From positions 10,072 to 74,071 of the forward strand of contig DUVI01000002.1 in NCBI GenBank assembly GCA_012841065.1: 64,000 nt of DNA, written 5' to 3'. The stretch's first letter is position 1; each line of letters starts with the position of its first letter. Position numbers and translations under genes: made by a program. Shown piece by piece: positions 52,844 to 64,000 of the stretch. The stretch is from Bacillota bacterium (GTDB taxonomy: Bacteria > Bacillota > Sulfobacillia > Fermentithermobacillales > Fermentithermobacillaceae). Under the pieces are notes generated by a model. That model did no database searches and was not told where the DNA came from. It worked only from the letters and a program-made list of their open reading frames with translations.

Positions 52844-54546
52844 CTATTGCTTCTCCTTTTCCACTCGTTTAGAAAACTCTCACTTTCCCAAATGGTATAC
52901 TTATATCCTTGCTCAGTCAAAAACAGCTGCCGCTTTTGCGAAAATTCCTGATCTTTTGTATTCCGAGTGACCAACGTATAAAATGTTGCACTTTCGCCCT
53001 GGGGCTTGGGGCGCAGGATTCTGCCAAGGCGCTGTGCTTCTTCCTGGCGCGAGCCAAAGGTGCCTGACACCTGTATTGCCACACTTGCATCAGGAAGGTC
53101 AATGGCAAAATTTGCGACCTTGGATACCACAAGCACCCGTATCTTGCCTTCCCTGAATTTAGCGTATAACTCTTCACGGACATTGTTGGGGGTTTGGCCG
53201 TATATCATGGGCGCATCCAGAAGTTCAGCTATGTTCTCGAGCTGGTCTATATACTGGCCCAATACCAGTATCTGGTCTTCCGCATGGTGCTCAACAATTG
53301 CCTTCACCAAGGGGAGCTTTTCCGGGTTTGTAGCTGCCACCCTGTACTTGTCCCGTTCTCCGGCTATGTGGTATTCAAGGCGCTTGTCTTGAGGGAAATC
53401 CACCCTTATTTCATGGCAATGGGCGGTTGCAATCCAGTTTTCGGCTTCCAGCTCTTTCCAAGGCTTATCGAACTTCTTCGGTCCAATCAAACTGAACACG
53501 TCGTCTTCACGCCCGTCTTCACGGACCAGGGTAGCTGTAAGCCCCAACCTTCTTCTGGCTTGCAGATCCGCGGTTATTCTAAACACAGGTGCAGGCAACA
53601 GATGCACTTCGTCGTAGATTATGAGTCCCCAGTTTCTCTTGCTGAACAAATCGAAATGGGGATAGATTTCTTCGGAAGTGCCTCGTTTCCTGTAAGTCAG
53701 GATTTGATATGTGGTCACGGTCACCGGGCCCACTTCTTTCTTGTCCCCGCTGTATTCCTTGACCATATCCTCAGTAAGGCTGGTTTTGTCCAGGAGTTCG
53801 TTTATCCACTGCCTGAGCGCCACGACGTTGGTTGTGAGAATCAGCGTCTGGGCTCCCACAAGCTCCATGACTCCCATGCCCACGATTGTCTTGCCCGCTC
53901 CGCATGGGAGCACTATAACACCGCTTCCGCCCCTGACGCTGCCGCCCGCCCAAAACGCGTCCATTGCAGCTTTCTGGTATGGCCTGAGGCCGAAGGGCTT
54001 TCCTTCTTTCGTAACGCTCACAAGCAACAGGTCAAGAGGATCACCTTCCGTGTAGCCTGCCAGATCTTCGCAAGGGTAGCCCATCTTGATGAGGATCTGC
54101 TTCACCAGCCCGCGGGAATACGGCTTTATTATGAGCGATCCCTTTCCCAAAGGCTTCTGAATGTGCGGCTCCATCTTGTCCGACCGTTTGATCTCTTCCA
54201 TGATGAACTCGTCAGAGCAGGTCAAAACCAAGTTCCCGTCTTCTTCGATGAGCTTGACGATGCCGAATCTTTCCATAGTGTCTTTGATGTACACTATGAT
54301 GTTTTCCGGCAACGGGTATCTGGAGTACCTGCTGAGCCCATCTATCACCTCTTCGGTGGTAAAGCCGCACGAAGCAGCGTTCCACAGCGACAGCACTGAC
54401 AGCAGGTAGGTATGGATGTACTCGGGGCTCTTGACCAGATCGGCAAACCGCATGATGACATCCCGGGCGTTTTCGTAATCTGGATTGTCAACTTCCAGCA
54501 GTATAGTACCGTCACTTAGAACTGTAGCCGGTGGATTTCTTGGCAA
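52840..54546 (-). CDS. XPB/Rad25 (ERCC3)-type SF2 DNA helicase
   Basis: VLPCGAGKTIVG (motif I), IYDEVHLLPA (II), GLTATLVREDGRED (III plus the XPB-specific RED motif), and the N-terminal damage-recognition-like domain ILLEVDNPDYENARD...YIHTYLLSVLSLWNAAS. The TTG at 54546 with CAGGAGGAA 7 nt upstream is the likely start. Confidence 0.85.
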   Translation of the reverse strand: MPRNPPATVLSDGTILLEVDNPDYENARDVIMRFADLVKSPEYIHTYLLSVLSLWNAASCGFTTEEVIDGLSRYSRYPLPENIIVYIKDTMERFGIVKLIEEDGNLVLTCSDEFIMEEIKRSDKMEPHIQKPLGKGSLIIKPYSRGLVKQILIKMGYPCEDLAGYTEGDPLDLLLVSVTKEGKPFGLRPYQKAAMDAFWAGGSVRGGSGVIVLPCGAGKTIVGMGVMELVGAQTLILTTNVVALRQWINELLDKTSLTEDMVKEYSGDKKEVGPVTVTTYQILTYRKRGTSEEIYPHFDLFSKRNWGLIIYDEVHLLPAPVFRITADLQARRRLGLTATLVREDGREDDVFSLIGPKKFDKPWKELEAENWIATAHCHEIRVDFPQDKRLEYHIAGERDKYRVAATNPEKLPLVKAIVEHHAEDQILVLGQYIDQLENIAELLDAPMIYGQTPNNVREELYAKFREGKIRVLVVSKVANFAIDLPDASVAIQVSGTFGSRQEEAQRLGRILRPKPQGESATFYTLVTRNTKDQEFSQKRQLFLTEQGYKYTIWESESFLNEWKRRSNR

Positions 54547-54654
54547 AAGCGTGTTCCTCCTGAATCTGTAGTAGTACCGGTAAAGTGGGCAATAACCCAA
54601 AGTCTTTATTCTACGTCGCAGGTTGCAGTTCCTGCAACAGCGGTTTTCAACCTT

Positions 54655-54684
54655 TTGCCCGGCGGTGAGCATATCCGTTATAAT
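54655..54684 (+). promoter_or_regulatory. Putative sigma-A promoter for pcrA-ligA (TTGCCC-18-TATAAT)
   Basis: A perfect -10 at 54679-54684, about 40 nt upstream of the pcrA TTG start. Confidence 0.4.
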
Positions 54685-54722
54685 CTAGGTGTTCAATTAT
54701 TCCCAATGGCGGTGTATGGATT

Positions 54723-59030
<4,308 letters not shown>

Positions 59031-59049
59031 GCAGAAGAGGTGTGTGACA

Positions 59050-60561
59050 ATGGAAATTTGGGGTTTGCCCGCGAGGGATATTCTAAAGTACATATCATCA
59101 GGCGAGATTTCCGCGATTGAGGTATTGGAGAGTTTCCTGGGTGCAATAAGTGAAATAGACACTGAAATTAACGCGTTTATCGAGGTTTTGGAGCCTATGG
59201 CGCGCATGGATGCATCCAGGGTCGACGCGCAGCTCCGTGAAGGTAATTCCCCAGGGCCTTTGGCGGGCCTGCCTGTTGCAATCAAAGACAACATCTGCGT
59301 TAAAGGCGCCGGGTGCACGTGTGGTTCCAAGATCTTGGAGAATTGGATTTCACCTTATGATGCTGCAACGGCAAAACGTCTACGGGAGCAAGGAGCGGTC
59401 ATCATCGGTAAAACCAACATGGACGAATTTGCCATGGGTTCTTCCACTGAGACTTCTGCTTTTGGGGTTACGAGAAACCCCTGGGATTTGGAACGGGTTC
59501 CGGGTGGCTCAAGCGGCGGGTCAGCAGCGGCAGTTGCTGCGGGAATGGCGCCTCTGGCTTTGGGGACGGATACGGGAGGTTCAATAAGGCAGCCTGCGAG
59601 TTTTACCGGGATTTGCGGACTAAAGCCTACCTACGGGCTGGTATCTCGGTTTGGCGCCACGGCGTATGCCTCGTCTTTAGATACGGTAGGGTCTATGGCC
59701 GAGACTGTATGGGATTGCGCCTTGCTCCTGGAGGCTATCGCCGGACACGATCCTCTGGATTCGACGTCTGCCGCGGGGGAGCCTGTAGCTTACACCAAAG
59801 GGCTTCAAGGTGATGTGGCAGGATTGCGGGTAGGTGTTCCCAAGGAATTGCTGGAAGGTGTGTCTGCGCCGGTTAAGCAGTTGTTCCACAACACTCTCGG
59901 TACCATGGAACACATGGGTATGACGGTTGAAGAGATGAGCATACCTTCGATAGCTCATGCAGTTGAAGCTTACTATGTTGTGGCAGCTGCTGAAGCTTCG
60001 TCCAACTTGTCGAGATTTGACGGGGTGAGGTTTGGCCGGAGGGCAGCTGTAGATACGCTGGATGAAATGTATACCAGGTCACGGGGAGAAGGGCTCGGCA
60101 AAGAAGTGATCAAGCGGATAATCCTAGGCACTTTTGTGTTGGACGCCGGGAACATAGACAGGTATTATAGGCGGGCGGCCCAGGTCAGGACGCTTATCAA
60201 GCGTGAATTTGAAAAAACGTTTGAGCGCTTTCAGGTAATCGTTTCGCCTGCTTCTCCTGATGTTGCCTTCAAGATCGGGGAGAAGATCCATGACCCGCTG
60301 ACTATGTACCTTTCTGACCTGATTACAATTCCCGTAAACATGGCAGGCTTGTGCGCCCTGTCCATGCCCATGGGATTTGTGGATTGTGAAGGTTCGAGCC
60401 TTCCGTGCGGTCTGCAGATAATCGGAAAACCCTTTGACGAGCAGACTGTGCTCAGGGTAGGCCATTACTTGGAGCAAGAAATCGGGCTCGGGATTCGCAA
60501 AGAGGTTTGCGCTATGCGGCGCAAGCTAACCCCTGTCAGGGAGTGTGAGTTGGTTGACTAA
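59050..60561 (+). CDS. gatA: Asp/Glu-tRNA amidotransferase subunit A
   Basis: Amidase signature GGSSGGSAAAVAAG...DTGGSIRQPA and KDNICVKG. The ATG at 59050 matches homologue N-termini, whereas the ORF track starts at 58987. Confidence 0.95.
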   Translation: MEIWGLPARDILKYISSGEISAIEVLESFLGAISEIDTEINAFIEVLEPMARMDASRVDAQLREGNSPGPLAGLPVAIKDNICVKGAGCTCGSKILENWISPYDAATAKRLREQGAVIIGKTNMDEFAMGSSTETSAFGVTRNPWDLERVPGGSSGGSAAAVAAGMAPLALGTDTGGSIRQPASFTGICGLKPTYGLVSRFGATAYASSLDTVGSMAETVWDCALLLEAIAGHDPLDSTSAAGEPVAYTKGLQGDVAGLRVGVPKELLEGVSAPVKQLFHNTLGTMEHMGMTVEEMSIPSIAHAVEAYYVVAAAEASSNLSRFDGVRFGRRAAVDTLDEMYTRSRGEGLGKEVIKRIILGTFVLDAGNIDRYYRRAAQVRTLIKREFEKTFERFQVIVSPASPDVAFKIGEKIHDPLTMYLSDLITIPVNMAGLCALSMPMGFVDCEGSSLPCGLQIIGKPFDEQTVLRVGHYLEQEIGLGIRKEVCAMRRKLTPVRECELVD

Positions 60562-61996
60562 TCAATATGAGATGATGATTGGGTTGGAAGTTCACGTAGA
60601 GCTGGCGACTGCTACCAAGATGTTCTGCCGGTGTTCATCCCGGTTCGGGGATCCGCCTAACACAAACATATGCCCTGTGTGCCTTGGGATGCCTGGGGCT
60701 CTGCCGCAAGCTAACATGGAAGCGGTGAAGCTGGCTACCAGGGCGGCAATAGCTCTTAACTGCAAGATCAATGCTTCCAGCAGGTTTGATCGCAAGAATT
60801 ACTTTTATCCCGATCTTCCCAAGGGGTATCAGGTTACCCAGTACTATGAACCTATTGCTACAGACGGGTACATACTGATAGACAACCCGCGCAAGAAGAT
60901 AAGGATAAACCGGGTTCACATTGAAGAAGACGCAGGCAAATCAATACATGCGGGCGACGAAATCATAACTGCTGAGTATTCCTTGGTGGACTGCAACAGG
61001 GCAGGAGTGCCCCTCATCGAAATTGTATCTGAGCCCGACATGTCATCGCCTGAAGAAGCCAGGCAATATCTAGAGAGACTCCAGAGATTGCTCAAGTTTG
61101 CCCGGGTTTCTGATGTGAAAATGGAAGAAGGATCTATGAGGGTTGACTGCAATATATCTGTAAGGAGAAAAGGCAGTCAAGAGTTCGGGACAGTGTGCGA
61201 AATGAAGAACCTGAGTTCATTTAGGGCAGTGGTAAGGGCGCTGGCATATGAGTTTGAGCGCCAGGTGCAAGTGCTGGCACAAGGCGGGAAGATTGTAAGG
61301 GAGACCAAGCACTGGGATGAAACTGAGCAGGTTACCAAGGCGTTGCGTACTAAAGAGTCAAGTGACGACTACAGGTACTTTCCCGATCCTGATCTGCCCA
61401 AGTTAGAGCTGAGTCGCGAGTTCATTGAGCAGGTAAGAAGGCAAATGCCCAAGCTTCCCGATGAGATCGTGTCCTATTACGTTGATGAACTCGGGCTTCC
61501 CGAGTATGATGCGCAAGTGCTTACCGCTGATCCTTTGCTGGCAGAGTTCTTTGATGCGTGTGTTTCGCTTGGCGCTGATCCTAAGACTGCGTCCAACTGG
61601 ATCATGGTTGAACTCCTGGGGTATATGAAAGCCAATAATATACCTTATGAAAATATCCCCTTGCGTCCCGAATATCTTGTATCAATGCTCGAACTTATAA
61701 GCGAGGGTGTGATCAGCGGCAAAATCGCTAAAGATGTGTTGGTCATAATGATTGAGACCGGGCAGGATCCGCGTACAATAGTTAAGGAACGCGGCTTGGA
61801 GCAGATTTCAGATGACGAGAGTATTGCACGGATCGTTGACGAGGTAATAGCAGAGCATTCATCGGTGGTTGAAGAAATAAAGGCGGGGAAAGCTAAAGCT
61901 ATTGGATTTTTGGTTGGACAGGTTATGAAACGTACCAAAGGGAAAGCTAACCCGGCCAAGGTCAGTACAATATTAAAGGACAAACTACTATCATGA
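60545..61996 (+). CDS. gatB: Asp/Glu-tRNA amidotransferase subunit B
   Basis: YEMMIGLEVHVEL...CPVCLGMPGALP...NRVHIEEDAGKS. The start may be the TTG at 60554. Confidence 0.95.
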   Translation: MSWLTNQYEMMIGLEVHVELATATKMFCRCSSRFGDPPNTNICPVCLGMPGALPQANMEAVKLATRAAIALNCKINASSRFDRKNYFYPDLPKGYQVTQYYEPIATDGYILIDNPRKKIRINRVHIEEDAGKSIHAGDEIITAEYSLVDCNRAGVPLIEIVSEPDMSSPEEARQYLERLQRLLKFARVSDVKMEEGSMRVDCNISVRRKGSQEFGTVCEMKNLSSFRAVVRALAYEFERQVQVLAQGGKIVRETKHWDETEQVTKALRTKESSDDYRYFPDPDLPKLELSREFIEQVRRQMPKLPDEIVSYYVDELGLPEYDAQVLTADPLLAEFFDACVSLGADPKTASNWIMVELLGYMKANNIPYENIPLRPEYLVSMLELISEGVISGKIAKDVLVIMIETGQDPRTIVKERGLEQISDDESIARIVDEVIAEHSSVVEEIKAGKAKAIGFLVGQVMKRTKGKANPAKVSTILKDKLLS

Positions 61997-62033
61997 TGAG
62001 GGAGCATAGTTTATTGAGAGAGGAGGAGCGGCC

Positions 62034-62999
62034 ATGGGCGGTGGAAGCGCTGATTCAAGAGAGGTTTACCAGCAGATCGCGGCTTCATTAACCAACTCTC
62101 AAGTGTTGTTTTCCGAGCCGATGTCCAATCATACGTCCTTTCGTATTGGTGGGCCATGTGACCTCCTCGTTATTCCCGGAACCCGCGATGATGCAATCAA
62201 GACCTGGGTGATGTGTAAGCAGCTTAGAGTGCCCTGCCACACAATTGGAAACGGGACCAACTTGCTGGTCAGGGATGGAGGTGTGCGGGGATGCGTACTC
62301 AAGCTGGCTTCGGGATATACAGGAATCGAAAGGAACGGCTCTAAGAGCCTTATGGTCAGTTCCGGCACCCTGCTCCAGACGATTGTTGAAGCCAGTGCAG
62401 ACTATGAATTGTCTGGTTTGGAGTTTGCAGTTGGGGTTCCTGGGAGTATGGGTGGCGCTGTTACAATGAACGCAGGAGCTTACGGGGGCGACGTGGGCTC
62501 CTTGGTGAACAGGGTTGAAGTGGCAACGTCCGACGGCACAACTCAATGGATTTCCAGCGATGAGATTGGGTTTTCATACAGAAACTCTTTGTTTTTGTCC
62601 AACGATGACCTTCTCATCCTCAATGTAGAAATGGTGCTTGAGCCGGGAGACAGGGACCGGATCCGCAAGGTTATGATGGAGTACCTGCAAAAGAGGGAAG
62701 AGAAGCAACCCCTGGATATGCCTTCTGCCGGTAGTGCCTTCAGGAGGCCACCCGGCAGGTACGTGGGCGCCATGATAGAAGAGCTGGGGCTCAAGGGATT
62801 TTCATGTGGCGGCGCAATGGTTTCGCCTAAACATGCAGGTTTTATTGTAAACAACGGTGGCGCTACCGCAAAAGACGTGCTTACCCTAATGGATATCATA
62901 AAGCATAAGGTGTACGAGAATTATGGGGTTGTCCTGGAATCTGAAATCATAGTGATTGGAGAGGACCCGGAGTCCGGGGAGGATTCCAAGTCAGAATAA
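62034..62999 (+). CDS. murB: UDP-N-acetylenolpyruvoylglucosamine reductase
   Basis: SNHTSFRIGGPCDLLVIP...GNGTNLLV...GVPGSMGGAVTMNAGAYG...SAGSAFRRP. Confidence 0.94.
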   Translation: MGGGSADSREVYQQIAASLTNSQVLFSEPMSNHTSFRIGGPCDLLVIPGTRDDAIKTWVMCKQLRVPCHTIGNGTNLLVRDGGVRGCVLKLASGYTGIERNGSKSLMVSSGTLLQTIVEASADYELSGLEFAVGVPGSMGGAVTMNAGAYGGDVGSLVNRVEVATSDGTTQWISSDEIGFSYRNSLFLSNDDLLILNVEMVLEPGDRDRIRKVMMEYLQKREEKQPLDMPSAGSAFRRPPGRYVGAMIEELGLKGFSCGGAMVSPKHAGFIVNNGGATAKDVLTLMDIIKHKVYENYGVVLESEIIVIGEDPESGEDSKSE

Positions 63000-63063
63000 C
63001 GTGAGAACCGCCCGATGGTTTGGATTGTCCCTTGGACTGCCTATGCCGGCAAGTGAAATGGAT

Positions 63064-63105
63064 GAGTCGTGAGCTAGGTGTCTAACTCACGACTCTTGGT
63101 TTTTC
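63064..63105 (+). terminator. Rho-independent terminator after murB
   Basis: GAGTCGTGAG, a 12-nt loop, then CTCACGACTC followed by TTGGTTTTTCGG. Confidence 0.75.
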
Positions 63106-63152
63106 GGCAGCAATCAAGTCTATTTTTCAAATGTCATTGTTAGGCCGCTTTG

Positions 63153-64000
63153 TCAGGTATCTTGGTCAGGTTTGGTCAGGTGTCTGTCGTTACCGGGTGT
63201 GGTCCGTTTCAAACGGTGAGTCTTCCTTATAACCCCGCCCCTCTGGCTCCTGTATTCAACTGTCACCGAAGGGGGAGGGGAATCATCCGGAGACACTTTC
63301 ACCACCCATGACACCTGGACCGCAGACTTAGCAGGGCTCCTTGTGCCGCTTATGTATCCTTCCAGAAAGCCTGTCTCGTGTCTAGGTTTGCCGGTTATCT
63401 CCACTCCTGGGCCGGGTATGAGCTCGACGATGTCTTTCTCAACAACCTTAAGTTGTACTGCTTTGTTGGTTATATTTGTGGGCAGATAGCCCCAGTTTTC
63501 AACCACAGCGGTTACCTTTTTGAGGCACCCGCCGATGTCCCCGACTTTGATGTCTGTGATATTGACCCATGGCAAAGCGGCTGCGTGCTTCATAATCCAC
63601 ATGGCCGCTTTGCGGCATTCTTCTTCTAAGAGATGAGGAGGCGCGTTTTGAACGCAGAATTTCCTGTCCCATCCGCCGATCTCAACTGTGCCCAGCTGGG
63701 GATGCTCAAAGGGCGTCCAGTCTATGAACCCTTTGCCTGACAGCTCCCGGTCGTTCCACTCCAAGAGCTTCAGGCTAATCTCCTCGAACTCGCCGGGGAA
63801 CTTATCCGGATCTGACTTGTCTCTTACATCTTCAAGAGGTATGCCTGCCCGCTCATAGCGGTTCCAGAGTTCTGTGGTGTAAGCGATTATGCCTCTGTGC
63901 TCGTAAGCCCATTCAGTTAAGGTTGCACTATTGGGCGATTTGACATCAGGATATCCGGTGACCTTGGTACCCTGGCGTGCAATAGCTTTGGTAGCTGTAA
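63153..64000 (-). CDS. M14-family metallocarboxypeptidase, C-terminal part (5' end outside window)
   Basis: The minus-strand frame stays open from 63764 to the window edge: my manual translation found no stop. ...SATLTEWAYEHRGIIAYTTELW resembles the substrate-binding Tyr / catalytic Glu segment of M14 enzymes, followed by a C-terminal beta domain. Confidence 0.6.
   Translation of the reverse strand, partial: TATKAIARQGTKVTGYPDVKSPNSATLTEWAYEHRGIIAYTTELWNRYERAGIPLEDVRDKSDPDKFPGEFEEISLKLLEWNDRELSGKGFIDWTPFEHPQLGTVEIGGWDRKFCVQNAPPHLLEEECRKAAMWIMKHAAALPWVNITDIKVGDIGGCLKKVTAVVENWGYLPTNITNKAVQLKVVEKDIVELIPGPGVEITGKPRHETGFLEGYISGTRSPAKSAVQVSWVVKVSPDDSPPPSVTVEYRSQRGGVIRKTHRLKRTTPGNDRHLTKPDQDT

Noticed and set aside
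53194-54399. 401-aa plus-strand ORF opposite the XPB helicase gene.
   Set aside because: The minus-strand frame carries the complete SF2/XPB motif set. The plus-strand product has no recognisable features and no SD.
54547-54672. Cys/Arg-rich N-terminal extension of the XPB ORF (MLTAGQKVENRCCRNCNLRRR...), which looks like a possible zinc ribbon.
   Set aside because: A strong SD (CAGGAGGAA) sits 7 nt upstream of the in-frame TTG at 54546, which matches where XPB homologues begin. The extension has odd composition (YRYYYRFRR) and overlaps the likely divergent promoter region.

Overview
This is a densely packed chromosomal region from a Bacillota (Clostridia-like) anaerobe. I call about 58 protein-coding genes. 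I found no rRNA, tRNA, CRISPR array or recognisable mobile element. Most of the window is conserved housekeeping synteny: cdaA-cdaR-glmM; acpS-nnr-mazEF; tsaE-tsaB-rimI/tsaD; iscR-iscS-iscU; rpoN; an rnf operon plus apbE; maf-radC-mreBCD-mrdA-minCDE-rodA; pcrA-ligA-gatCAB-murB. The window is also rich in peptidases (C69, C26-like, S58/DmpA, three tandem M42, and a partial M14). The most interesting block is 9.5-17.2 kb. It holds a tandemly duplicated, uncharacterised two-gene module: a long GlmL/MutL-like ASKHA ATPase coupled to a protein built from barrel-sandwich (lipoyl-like) repeats with a KOW/SH3-like C-terminus. Small membrane proteins bracket and interrupt it, a strong terminator closes it, and no B12 mutase partner is nearby. 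One ATPase copy ends in a MinD/FtsA-like amphipathic basic tail. Other points worth a second look: (1) the rnfCDEAB-apbE operon lacks rnfG; (2) iscR, radC and rodA each encode their conserved N-terminus upstream of any ATG/GTG/TTG, which implies CTG/ATT/ATA starts; (3) an XPB/Rad25-type helicase is translationally coupled to a large partner protein and divergent from pcrA; (4) a P-loop/Asp23-like fusion gene sits upstream of rpoN; (5) three M42 paralogues are translationally coupled. All family assignments come from motif recognition by eye. No database search was run.
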